Below, piece after piece: positions 30,721 to 40,023 of a DNA stretch of 64,000 nucleotides. The translations under genes and the position numbers were made by a program. Numbering within the stretch: position 1 is the first letter of the stretch; each line of letters opens with the position of its first letter. The stretch comes from a virus (Duplodnaviria; Heunggongvirae; Uroviricota; Caudoviricetes): the IMG/VR virus record IMGVR_UViG_3300037312_000757; one strand, given 5' to 3'. The notes under the pieces were generated by a model. It worked only from the letters and a program-made list of their open reading frames with translations. It made no database searches and was not told the DNA's origin.

Positions 30721-32322
30721 TTATTGAATATTCAGGCCGATCACGAAGACCATGTAAGTTGAAGTTGTGACGTCATACTTCACACCCAACATGTCAACGC
30801 CTGCTGATGTGAGAGTTGGAGCAGTACCTGCAGCAAACTTTGTGGAAGCTGGCCATGTGATTGCGGCTGAACCACCGTTTGTCACACGCAGATAAACCAC
30901 TTCGCCACGGTTAGCGGCCAATGTGTTTGTGAATGCGAATGTTGTCGCACCAGTAATTGTCATTGTCCACTCTGTAGCTGCTGACAGATCAAGTGTTTGA
31001 GTGCCTGAAACGTTACCCAAAGCTGAAACCGTGTAGCTGTATGAATCACTCTGTGTACGACCAGTTATTACTGGTGATGATGCTGATGCTCGAGAAGTAT
31101 CAGTTGGGTGAACGTGATCCGCACGAGCAAATGTCGTACCGGTACCAACTGCTGCCGTACCAGCTTGCAATGGTGTGGTTGATGATGCTTGACCCAACAC
31201 GAATGCAGTTGTTGCCAACTGTGTGGTATTGGTATTGACTGCTGCGGTTGGTGCGGTGGGTGTCCCAGTCAGAGCAGCTGAAGCCGGATTTACTGGTGTG
31301 TAAGTCAACGCTGTGGTTACGTCTGAACTTTGCAGTGTGACGGCACCAGTACGCGTATTGAATGACGAAACACCTGAGGCATTCACAGCACTTGTTACGA
31401 ATGCTGTAGTCGCAATCTGCGTTGTATTCGTGCCTGCCGTTGCTGTGGGCGCTGTTGGCGTACCTGTTAGAGCGGCTGAGGCTGGGTTTACTGGTGTGTA
31501 TGTCAAAGCTGTGGTGATGTCTGAGCTTTGAAGTACGATTGCACCAGTACGACCGAATACTGATGTGACTGGGGCGGAACCAGCACCAGCAATATTACGC
31601 CAAGCTGTGCCATCGAAGAATACGTAATCGCCGACGTTGAATGTTGTGATGCCATCCAAATAACTTGTGAACGAGAACGGACCACCAGTAATTACACTGA
31701 CTGTTCGATCAACTGTAATACCCACGCCAGGGTTAATATTTATGATGATACCCAAGAATGTACTTGAGCTGCTGTCTGTAACACCCATACCAAGTGAAAG
31801 ACCGGTTGTGCTATTCAATTGATATGAATTGAACGAACCGCTAATACCATGTGGAATACCGATCGACAATGATGCGCCAGCTGTTGAAACCTTGTACAGT
31901 TTACCAGCTGTGCCGGCACTAGACATCAACTGTGGTGTGTTCGTAGTCGCATTCCATGTACCAGTATAGTTCAGCATGCCTGAGTCATTTGACAGCTGAC
32001 TTACTTTTGTAGGAACGGCTGAAGAGGTAATAAAACCACTATCATTTGTAAGTTGGCTAACGGCTGTTGGAACTGAAACTGTAGCCCATGACAGGTTACC
32101 GCTTGCATCGGTCTTCAAATACTGACCGTTTGAGCCCAGTGATGTTGGCCAAAGAGCGCCGTTCAGAGCGATTGCTGTTGATGACAGCTTGAATGGTGAA
32201 GAATTGCCAGCACCATCAACGACACTGCGCAATGTTGAGTCAAGTCCTGCACCAGTATTATCAAGCTTCAACAATTCCTGGTAAGAATCTTTTGGAGCAC
32301 GATTAAAAAGTGATGAAGCCAT
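30721..32322 (-). CDS. Tail fibre with conserved N-terminal adapter domain (copy 4 of 4)
   Basis: MASSLFNRAPKDSYQELLKLDNTGAGLDSTLRSVVDGAG; VSQLxNDSG x2, PTAPT shaft x2, FARADHVHP, C-terminal ITWP...APTLT tip. Confidence 0.85.
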   Translation of the reverse strand: MASSLFNRAPKDSYQELLKLDNTGAGLDSTLRSVVDGAGNSSPFKLSSTAIALNGALWPTSLGSNGQYLKTDASGNLSWATVSVPTAVSQLTNDSGFITSSAVPTKVSQLSNDSGMLNYTGTWNATTNTPQLMSSAGTAGKLYKVSTAGASLSIGIPHGISGSFNSYQLNSTTGLSLGMGVTDSSSSTFLGIIININPGVGITVDRTVSVITGGPFSFTSYLDGITTFNVGDYVFFDGTAWRNIAGAGSAPVTSVFGRTGAIVLQSSDITTALTYTPVNPASAALTGTPTAPTATAGTNTTQIATTAFVTSAVNASGVSSFNTRTGAVTLQSSDVTTALTYTPVNPASAALTGTPTAPTAAVNTNTTQLATTAFVLGQASSTTPLQAGTAAVGTGTTFARADHVHPTDTSRASASSPVITGRTQSDSYSYTVSALGNVSGTQTLDLSAATEWTMTITGATTFAFTNTLAANRGEVVYLRVTNGGSAAITWPASTKFAAGTAPTLTSAGVDMLGVKYDVTTSTYMVFVIGLNIQ

Positions 32323-32407
32323 TTTCTCTCCTTAAAGAATGGTTCACTGATATTTATTGAAGTTGGAGAGGGAGAAAAAGCGCTCCAATTGAGCAGCCAG
32401 ATGGTCG

Positions 32408-32430
32408 AAAGGGGAACAGTGTTCCCCTTT
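32408..32430. terminator. Intrinsic terminator
   Basis: AAAGGGGAACA-g-TGTTCCCCTTT. Confidence 0.75.
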
Positions 32431-32433
32431 GTT

Positions 32434-32553
32434 TTACAGCTTGTCCCAAGTTGTGGTAGCTGAATTCCAAGTTGTAGAAATCTTGTTCCACATAGACTGG
32501 ATCACGTAACCAAAGACCTTACCGAGGTTTGGTGCCAAGTGTGAAATCTTCAT
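32434..32553 (-). CDS. Small 39-aa protein with Trp heptad repeats (below ORF-track cutoff)
   Basis: MKISHLAPNLGKVFGYVIQSMWNKISTTWNSATTTWDKL*; GGGAGA RBS, TAAATA at 32588-32593, terminator right after the stop. Confidence 0.7.
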   Translation of the reverse strand: MKISHLAPNLGKVFGYVIQSMWNKISTTWNSATTTWDKL

Positions 32554-32598
32554 GCTCTTATCTCCCTGTATGCCACAGCGGCTCCGATATTTATCGTG

Positions 32599-33012
32599 TC
32601 ACAGGCGAGAATAACTCGATGCAGAATCCGTATAAATGACTTTCTTGATATCGAATGCAGCGATTGCCATCTTACAACCGTCACAGGGGCAGCTGAAACC
32701 CCAGCTACCATCTTTCATTACGCGCGCGACGTAAAGTGATGATTTCTTCAACTCGTCAGTTGAAAGGTGGTTAAGCGATTTCCGGATAGCACTTACCTCA
32801 GCGTGAAGGAAGTATTTCTCTTCTTCCCGACTGAACTGTACCTGGAATGGATGGCTTTTGTATTCATTCCAGCCAATCGAAATGATTTCGTTCTTGTAGA
32901 CGATCGCTGCTGCGTGTTTCGAGCCTTCATCTGGTGCGTTGTCCAGTGCTGCTCTTACCAATAATTGCATGATGCGGTCGTGCCTCTTCTGACTGGGCAC
33001 TTGTTCTGCCAT
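32599..33012 (-). CDS. Zinc-dependent cytidine/dCMP deaminase family protein
   Basis: HAE...CPCDGC motif. Confidence 0.85.
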   Translation of the reverse strand: MAEQVPSQKRHDRIMQLLVRAALDNAPDEGSKHAAAIVYKNEIISIGWNEYKSHPFQVQFSREEEKYFLHAEVSAIRKSLNHLSTDELKKSSLYVARVMKDGSWGFSCPCDGCKMAIAAFDIKKVIYTDSASSYSRL

Positions 33013-33078
33013 TCGTAGCTCCTTGTGCGCAGAAGTCTACGATTTGCCAGTTTGGAAAGCAAAATGCGCCACCTTATG

Positions 33079-33106
33079 TTGACAAGCTGCCAGACGCTAA
33101 TAGAAT
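33079..33106 (+). promoter_or_regulatory. sigma70-like early promoter
   Basis: TTGACA-16 nt (contains TGCCA)-TAGAAT. Confidence 0.7.
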
Positions 33107-33139
33107 GCAAACAGTTTTACCTTTTATAAGAAGAACAAT

Positions 33140-33457
33140 ATGCCAATTTGTCTTTACCTTCCTGCGTTCGTTATTTCCTTCTATTCGATTCTGGCTTTTG
33201 CAACTGGTATCGACGGCTTCTCGACTCCACTCGAAACGTATTCACCTAAGAATATTGTCGAGCACCTCAAGTTCAGTCATCTGCTGATAGCGTTTGTGCT
33301 CAGCGCATTACCCTACTTGAATGTAGTGTTTGCTTTGATGGGGAGCGTCATCCTAGTTGCTGGTGCAGTCGTCGAAGCGTCCTTCTGGTTGTTCTCAACA
33401 AAGTTCATGTCACGCAAGGTCTTTCAGCCCAAGCGCAAGACCAGCAGGGGCGAATAA
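33140..33457 (+). CDS. Small membrane protein (LPYLN motif family)
   Basis: 105 aa, hydrophobic segments, downstream of promoter. Confidence 0.7.
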   Translation: MPICLYLPAFVISFYSILAFATGIDGFSTPLETYSPKNIVEHLKFSHLLIAFVLSALPYLNVVFALMGSVILVAGAVVEASFWLFSTKFMSRKVFQPKRKTSRGE

Positions 33458-33756
33458 TGAATCAGCTTCTCTATGTCGCCTACATGGTGGTAGTTTGATA
33501 CGTTGCCGTAAACTGGGCAACGTCATGGACAGATCATTATCAACAAGAAACAGGCGATGATCGTATGCGGTTGTGGCTGACGATTCCCGAGTTTCAGCAA
33601 TTTGCCTCAGGTGGGTCGATCTTGTATGCAACGATCGTTTGTTTGATCCCTGGTATCAACATTCTATTCATGGCTGCTATGCTGATTACCTGGTTATTCA
33701 TGGGCAAACTCACTCACCGCTTTATATCTTGGCGACCATTCAAGAAAAAGCAGTGA
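33457..33756 (+). pseudogene. Small membrane protein interrupted by an in-frame TGA (33496-33498)
   Basis: ATG overlapping the upstream TAA reads MNQLLYVAYMVVV*YVAVNWATSWTDHYQQETGDDRMRLWLT..., in frame with ORF 33565..33756. Confidence 0.6.
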
Positions 33757-33802
33757 TTGTATGGCACTTGCTCATCTGAACCGTTTATGTTAGAATGAAG
33801 AC

Positions 33803-34561
33803 ATGAAACTACATATCATGTCCGATCTGCACCTCGAACGCTGGAAGTTTGGTGACTACGAGCAGCCTGACTGCGATGCAATCGCTTTGGTTGGTGATAT
33901 CGGTCCCGGTTTCATGGGACTTGAGTGGATCAACCAAACGTTTGGTGGTGGCATCCCAGTGTTTTATGTGCCAGGTAATCACGAGTTCTATGGTGAACCG
34001 TTCAATCTGCACAGTGATCGGCTCGAGTTTCGTGCCAAAGAATATGGCGTGGAATTGCTGCAAAACCGTGCAGTTGAGCATAACGGCGTTCGTTTCATCG
34101 GCGCAACGTTGTGGACTGACTACAACTTGTACAACACCCGCGACCAAAGTATGATTGCTGCATCGCAAGTCATGAGTGACTACAAGGTGATTGATGTCGA
34201 CGACGAATGGTTTAACGGTCAGATCAAGCCGTACATGGTTCTGTCGGAACACGAATATTCGCGGAAGTTCATCATTGATGAATTGAATGCACCGTTTGAG
34301 GGGAAAACCGTCATATTGACGCACCATGCCCCTAGCGAACTGAGTGTCGGAGCAGAATACAAGGGTTCGAATCATTCACCCTATTACGCTTCTCGTCTCG
34401 AGAACTTGATGCTCGATCACAATATCGAGCTGTGGTGTCACGGTCATATCCATTCATCCAGTGACTACATGGTCGGCGATACGCGCGTTATAGCCAATCC
34501 TCGCGGTTCAGAACGTTCACCCAACCCGAATTTTGATTCCAAACTGGTAATTGAAATCTGA
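33803..34561 (+). CDS. Calcineurin-like metallophosphoesterase
   Basis: SDLH, GDI, GNHE, THHAP and HGHIH motifs; promoter TTGCTC-17-TAGAAT at 33768-33796. Confidence 0.9.
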   Translation: MKLHIMSDLHLERWKFGDYEQPDCDAIALVGDIGPGFMGLEWINQTFGGGIPVFYVPGNHEFYGEPFNLHSDRLEFRAKEYGVELLQNRAVEHNGVRFIGATLWTDYNLYNTRDQSMIAASQVMSDYKVIDVDDEWFNGQIKPYMVLSEHEYSRKFIIDELNAPFEGKTVILTHHAPSELSVGAEYKGSNHSPYYASRLENLMLDHNIELWCHGHIHSSSDYMVGDTRVIANPRGSERSPNPNFDSKLVIEI

Positions 34562-34627
34562 TTACTGCTTGATTGCCATATCGTTCTCCGCAACAATATG
34601 GCAATCTTTCATTAGTCAGGTCAAATC

Positions 34628-34882
34628 ATGAATTGGGATTGGGTCGGGGTAGTTCTTGCCGTTTTCATGGTGCTAGTCATCATCATTGCTGTGCCGATGT
34701 CAATCGCATATACGGTCGAACTTGTCGGCAACATCGTTCACAAAGAGCCCTGGCGTCCTACATTCACCAAGCTAGGTGGGACGCTGCTGGTCATCGTCAA
34801 ATTCTGTTTCATCCTGCACAAAATCGTCGGCGTGATCTGGCACGTTTCGCCTTTGCTCGGTATCACGCTGTATATCAAGTAA
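34628..34882 (+). CDS. Small membrane protein
   Basis: 84 aa, hydrophobic. Confidence 0.6.
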   Translation: MNWDWVGVVLAVFMVLVIIIAVPMSIAYTVELVGNIVHKEPWRPTFTKLGGTLLVIVKFCFILHKIVGVIWHVSPLLGITLYIK

Positions 34883-34938
34883 CGCTTGCTGCCAGTTGTA
34901 GATGAATGTATCATCTGGCTAGTTAAAAATGCAAGGGA

Positions 34939-35343
34939 GTGTCAGTGGAAACGCCAACAGAAATCTTTCCGTTTGACTTGAGCAATGCTGTTGCTGAGCA
35001 TCTGTTCACGCAATTCATGCTCAACAACAAACGAATGACAGACCAGATTGAGCATCTCACCTGGTCGGAAGCCCGAGCCGTGGTCATCGATCATCAACAA
35101 GTACAGTTCGAAACGTTCACCGTCAACGTCAATTACGATTCGTACGACTTCGACAGGCGCGATAACGAACGTAGTTGGACCATGTTTTACTACAATGGCG
35201 AGCTCGACAAGTATATCAAAGAGCACAAGGTGCGGTTGGCTCTGCATGAGTTTGAGCGCCGCGAAGAAGAGCGCTTAAAAGCTGAGTTGCATGCTAAAGT
35301 TGCTCAAGTTTACCGCGAAATGTTTGGGGAGGACATAGCATGA
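34939..35343 (+). CDS. Hypothetical protein
   Basis: 134 aa; promoter at 34886-34914; ATGA overlap with the next gene. Confidence 0.65.
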   Translation: MSVETPTEIFPFDLSNAVAEHLFTQFMLNNKRMTDQIEHLTWSEARAVVIDHQQVQFETFTVNVNYDSYDFDRRDNERSWTMFYYNGELDKYIKEHKVRLALHEFERREEERLKAELHAKVAQVYREMFGEDIA

Positions 35344-35681
35344 CGCTTGATGAATTGATTGAAGGAATGACCCCCAAGTTCGCATTCCTGCTTGGTGGGC
35401 TGACAATTGCACACGGTGAACGCAAGCGTGCCCGCCAGATCGAAAAGGAACGCAAAGCAGAACGCGATAAGGCAAAGGAAGCACGAAGCAGACTGTTTGG
35501 CTTCTATGGTTCTGATGGTGAAATATCGCATTTGGATGATTGCGAGCAAAGACTCCGAGCTGCGGTTTCTGAGCGGGTAAGCAAAGAAAAGCACTTCAAG
35601 AAGCTCAGTCACGAATTCCAAGAAGCTGGTGGTGACCCTACTCTGATCGAAAAGTTGCAGGAAATTCTGAACAAGGCTTGA
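35340..35681 (+). CDS. Hypothetical coiled-coil protein
   Basis: 113 aa, GGAGGA RBS, translationally coupled. Confidence 0.7.
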   Translation: MTLDELIEGMTPKFAFLLGGLTIAHGERKRARQIEKERKAERDKAKEARSRLFGFYGSDGEISHLDDCEQRLRAAVSERVSKEKHFKKLSHEFQEAGGDPTLIEKLQEILNKA

Positions 35682-35737
35682 TCGGTTGCCAAATGGTTGT
35701 ATCATTTGGTACATGGTAAACAACAAGAGGGGTTTAA

Positions 35738-36094
35738 ATGTTCACACTTATTCTCGTTCTGACCGCAATGTACTTTCTGCTTACCGTCATCTGGGAGTCG
35801 AAAGATGCAAACATCGTGATCAAAGTTGGTCTCGGTATGCTCACTGCAATGGGAGCGGTGCTGATCGCAGCACACGAGTGCATCACAATCAACAACTTTC
35901 AGATGGCTGGGCTCTACAACAGGCAGTTGCTGCTCGGATACTTCGCAATGACCACGATCAACTTGCTGTGGTTTGCGATCATCTGGACACGTAAGAACTG
36001 GCTTAACCTTGGTATCAAAACCGGTTTTTTCTTCCTTGCATTCAGCACGATCTTTCAAATGGCCGTGATCACTAAGATTGTAACTATCGGCTAA
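35738..36094 (+). CDS. Multi-pass membrane protein
   Basis: 118 aa, four hydrophobic segments, GAGGGG RBS. Confidence 0.7.
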   Translation: MFTLILVLTAMYFLLTVIWESKDANIVIKVGLGMLTAMGAVLIAAHECITINNFQMAGLYNRQLLLGYFAMTTINLLWFAIIWTRKNWLNLGIKTGFFFLAFSTIFQMAVITKIVTIG

Positions 36095-36103
36095 GGAGCG
36101 AAA

Positions 36104-36430
36104 ATGACACCGCTGATGATGATTTGCTTGCTGACAGTTGCATGTTTGCTCACGATGGTGTACACGACGCCAGGTTTTATTCTCGTGGGGTTCAAGCTGC
36201 CAGCAGCTATGGCTCTGGGTTTCGTGGGTGCGACCATCGTGATGTGCATTCACATGTTCGACTCGTACGGTGAGGCTCTGATCTGGTCGAGAGTGAACGC
36301 TACATTGATGTGGTGGCTGATCCCTAGTTGGCTTGTTTTGCTGACACCGTACAGCAAAAAGGTACGAGCCGCTCGCGCAGAGATCACGAAATCGGTCAAA
36401 GCCTACAAAGAGCAGAGACGACAGCGCTAA
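36104..36430 (+). CDS. Membrane protein
   Basis: 108 aa, three TM-like segments, basic tail, AAGGAG RBS. Confidence 0.7.
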   Translation: MTPLMMICLLTVACLLTMVYTTPGFILVGFKLPAAMALGFVGATIVMCIHMFDSYGEALIWSRVNATLMWWLIPSWLVLLTPYSKKVRAARAEITKSVKAYKEQRRQR

Positions 36431-36531
36431 ACTGGCGAGAAGTTGAGTACAAAGATGGCACGCAACCAGCGTGCCATTCTGTTTTTCGTGTATCATACGT
36501 GCTCCCAACATAACAATAAAAAGAAAGGGCT

Positions 36532-38706
36532 ATGTTCGTACAAGGCAGCAATGTCGAGATCCAACGAAACGATCTCCTTCAAGAAAACGCGTTCAAGATC
36601 AAAGCAACCGGCAAGGCATTCAAAATCCTTTCGGATGGCTTGTATGCTGATAAGATCAAGGCAGTCATTCGTGAACTGAGCTGCAACGCGTTCGACGCTC
36701 ATGTGGCAGCGAAAACGACTGGTGTTCCTTTCGAGGTTCATTTGCCAAACCTGGTCGAACCGCACTTCACCGTGCGTGACTATGGTATCGGCCTGAGCAA
36801 GGAAGCGTGTCAGGAACTGTTCACGACATACTTTGAAAGTACGAAGACCACCAGCAACGATTTTATCGGGGCACTGGGGCTTGGTAGCAAGTCGCCTTTC
36901 AGCTATGTTGACGCATTCACTGTAATCAGCCGCTTCAATGGTATCAAGTACACGTTCAGCGCTTTCATCGGCGAAGATGAAATGCCGAAAATCGCGTTGA
37001 TGGGTGAAGAAACTACAACTGAAGGAAATGGTCTGGAAGTGTCGATGCCAGTTCGTCGCAATGATTTCAGTGTGTTTTCTGATCGCGCAATGACCGTGCT
37101 GAAGCGTTTCGACCCGATGCCAACAATCACTGGCAATGTGATCAATCTTCAGGTCGAAGAGCCGGTGATGCAAGGCTCGTGCTGGCAATTGATGAAGGGC
37201 ATGAACCATTATGGTTATTCGAACAAGGGTGCCGTCGCAATCCAGGGCAAGATCGAATACCCGTTGAACGTTGATGCGCTGCACGATTCGTTGACGCGTG
37301 CGCAGTTGACACTACTGCGTTATCCATTCGAACTTGATTTCGACATTGGTGATCTGGAAATTGCAGCCAGCCGTGAAGCGCTTGGCTACAAGCAACCAAC
37401 AATCAATGCGATTGCGAATAAGCTGGATGTGTTGATCGCAGAACTTCCAAAGGAATTCCAGACCAAGTTTGACAACGTCAGGACGATCTGGGAGGCACAT
37501 ATTGAATTCGCCAGCCTGTTCAACGGCAATACAAGTATGTCCTACATGCTGCGCGAGTTGAATTCGAGCAAAGCTCTGACGTTCACTGCACTTGGCAAGC
37601 AGATCGATTCGTCGAAGGTGAAGGTCAAGTACGCTGATTATCCTAGCATTGTGGTGCAAGAGTTTCATTCGTACGGACGCCCATCGACCACCACGTTCAA
37701 AGCTGCGGGCGAGGCAGCGAAGAACAATAGCCGCCATAATTCAGAATATTTCTCGATTGAAGCTGGCAATCATTGCTTGTTCTTCACGAACGATCTGAAG
37801 GTAGGTGCTGCTACTCGCGTTAGTCGCTTTACCAAGCAACGAAACAGCACGACAAGCTTCTTGGTGAGTGGTGATGAGGCAGACATCGAAAAGTTCTTCA
37901 AGGACCTTGGTGAGCCTCCTGTGCATGCCACGAGCGAGCTGCCAAAGCCAGTCAAATCGCAATCAACAAAGGTGAAGGCGCGTTCGTATTCATTGAAAGA
38001 TCGCCGCTGGTCAGTTGATAATGACATCGATCTGAACGACGATGAACCTGGTTTGTTCCTGTACTACGCTCGATGGACGTCGCACGTTGATATCAAGTCG
38101 ACTTGTGGCACGCTTACTGAACGTGTCCGCAGCTTGGGTGATTACGAGTTTGGGAACTTCGTTCAGATGCTGGTCGATTACAATGTAATCGACAAGGACA
38201 CGCGCATTGTTGGCTTGAACAAGATTACGTTCGACAAGCTTACTAAGAACGAAGATACGGAATGGGAAAACTTTGGCCACGCAGTCTCTGACGCATTTGT
38301 CAAGACTTGCCTTAGCAACCAGACCTATATGGATGAAGTGGCGGACATGAGCGCTGCTGACCAAGTTCGTGCTGATTATTACGTGACTCAGATGGTTGAT
38401 CGCTTCAAGGAACAACGTGGCAAGCTTGATGTGGCAAGCCCTATTCACGCGTTCATTGACAAGATCGAAACAGTGAAGAAGGTTGATTCATCGAAGGTCC
38501 GCCGCTTCCTGCAACTGGTTGATAACATGGGCCACACGCTGCAATCGTCGAATAAAGAATTCAACTACACGGACGATCTTGAAGCTCTCAAGTCACGTTA
38601 TGAAATGGTCACCGTGTGCGAGCCATATTACTGGGCTCGCCACATGGACAAGATTGTCAACTACGTGAACCAGATCGAAATGCTGCATCGTGCGCAGAAG
38701 GGTTAA
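36532..38706 (+). CDS. rIIA: RIIA-like protein (GHKL ATPase domain)
   Basis: KAFKILSDGLY..KIKAVIRELSCNAFDAH, VRDYGIG, IGALGLGSKSPFSY; followed by rIIB. Confidence 0.9.
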   Translation: MFVQGSNVEIQRNDLLQENAFKIKATGKAFKILSDGLYADKIKAVIRELSCNAFDAHVAAKTTGVPFEVHLPNLVEPHFTVRDYGIGLSKEACQELFTTYFESTKTTSNDFIGALGLGSKSPFSYVDAFTVISRFNGIKYTFSAFIGEDEMPKIALMGEETTTEGNGLEVSMPVRRNDFSVFSDRAMTVLKRFDPMPTITGNVINLQVEEPVMQGSCWQLMKGMNHYGYSNKGAVAIQGKIEYPLNVDALHDSLTRAQLTLLRYPFELDFDIGDLEIAASREALGYKQPTINAIANKLDVLIAELPKEFQTKFDNVRTIWEAHIEFASLFNGNTSMSYMLRELNSSKALTFTALGKQIDSSKVKVKYADYPSIVVQEFHSYGRPSTTTFKAAGEAAKNNSRHNSEYFSIEAGNHCLFFTNDLKVGAATRVSRFTKQRNSTTSFLVSGDEADIEKFFKDLGEPPVHATSELPKPVKSQSTKVKARSYSLKDRRWSVDNDIDLNDDEPGLFLYYARWTSHVDIKSTCGTLTERVRSLGDYEFGNFVQMLVDYNVIDKDTRIVGLNKITFDKLTKNEDTEWENFGHAVSDAFVKTCLSNQTYMDEVADMSAADQVRADYYVTQMVDRFKEQRGKLDVASPIHAFIDKIETVKKVDSSKVRRFLQLVDNMGHTLQSSNKEFNYTDDLEALKSRYEMVTVCEPYYWARHMDKIVNYVNQIEMLHRAQKG

Positions 38707-38797
38707 TGAGTAAATAGATGGCAACTCGTAACAGCGGGTTGCCATCTAGATGCTTTAATTGGCAAAGTAGTAGAACACTCATAATAACAAGAATAAA

Positions 38798-39976
38798 ATG
38801 GCAAACGAACGTATCCCTTTCAGTGTCACGCCTACATCAGTCATCATCATGATGAATGGAAAGACGTACACACTAACCGAAGATTCACATATCAACTACG
38901 CCAAGATCCGCGAAGCTTTGAAAACCAAAGACTTCGACACGGTGCGCGAATTGATTGACGTTGCACAGTCGATCAATGTATTCGGCAACGGTAAGATCAA
39001 GGTAGTCAATGGCACTGTCATGTACGGTGACGTTGAGCTGCACAATGCTTTGACTGAGCGTTTGGTTCAGCAAATGGAAGAAGGCTTTGACGTCGATCCG
39101 ATGGTCAAGTTCCTTGAGAACCTCATGCAGAACCCGTCCAAGCGTGCGGTCGATGAGCTTTATCGCTTCCTTGAACACAACTCGCTGCCGATCACGGAAG
39201 ATGGACACTTTGTCGCATACAAGCGTGTGAAGTCCGACTACACGGACTTCTACACCGGCAAGATGGACAACTCGATCGGTTCAACACCAGAAATGCCGCG
39301 CAACATGGTTGATGACGACAAGGATCGAACCTGTTCGCAAGGTTTGCACTTCTGCTCGCTCGAATATTTGCCGCATTATCACAGCGGCCAGGGTCGCATC
39401 GTGATCCTCAAGATCAACCCAGCAGACGTGGTTAGCATCCCGACGGATTACAACAATGCGAAGGGCCGCGCTTGCAAGTATCTGGTGCTGGAAGATTACG
39501 AAGGCGACGAAACGACTGAGAAGTTCACATCTAGCGTTTACGAAACTGGTGATGATGCCAACACATCGAGCGAATGGGACAGCGAGTGGTATGCTGACCT
39601 CTACGCTAGTTCGTCGAGTGAAATGTTCGATGGTGACTACGTGGTTTGCTGGAGCTGCAACCATGAACTCACAGAAGACCAGCTGGCTGAGAACGATGGT
39701 TTGTGCCCTGCTTGTCACGCAGAAATCGAAGATGACGAAGACAAGGCAACGGTAAACGTCCAGGCTCCAGTAAGCACCACAGCGCAGTCTGGCACGCCGG
39801 CAGCCCAAGCTCAACACGCGGCTCAGAACACGCCCCCGCAGGGGATTCTGTACACCAAGGAACAAGCGGCAAAGCTGCTGAATATTAGCGCTGATGCCTT
39901 GCGCAAGCGTCTTGCTCGCGGTGTGTCAGTACAGCTCGTGGTTGTGAACGGTGCTGAACTTGTTCGCATTCTGTAA
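38798..39976 (+). CDS. rIIB: RIIB-like protein with C-terminal zinc ribbon and HTH
   Basis: LPITEDGHFVAYKRV, TCSQGLHFC, INPADVVSIPTDYNNAKGRACKY; tail CWSC..CPAC and YTKEQAAKLLNISADALRKR. Confidence 0.9.
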   Translation: MANERIPFSVTPTSVIIMMNGKTYTLTEDSHINYAKIREALKTKDFDTVRELIDVAQSINVFGNGKIKVVNGTVMYGDVELHNALTERLVQQMEEGFDVDPMVKFLENLMQNPSKRAVDELYRFLEHNSLPITEDGHFVAYKRVKSDYTDFYTGKMDNSIGSTPEMPRNMVDDDKDRTCSQGLHFCSLEYLPHYHSGQGRIVILKINPADVVSIPTDYNNAKGRACKYLVLEDYEGDETTEKFTSSVYETGDDANTSSEWDSEWYADLYASSSSEMFDGDYVVCWSCNHELTEDQLAENDGLCPACHAEIEDDEDKATVNVQAPVSTTAQSGTPAAQAQHAAQNTPPQGILYTKEQAAKLLNISADALRKRLARGVSVQLVVVNGAELVRIL

Positions 39977-40023
39977 GCTATAACACGCAACAACCTGGCA
40001 GGGGCAACCCTGCCATTTCTATC

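Noticed and set aside
33496-33498. Genome-wide TGA recoding
   Set aside because: TGA ends many genes, including ATGA overlaps, and long genes are intact in code 11.
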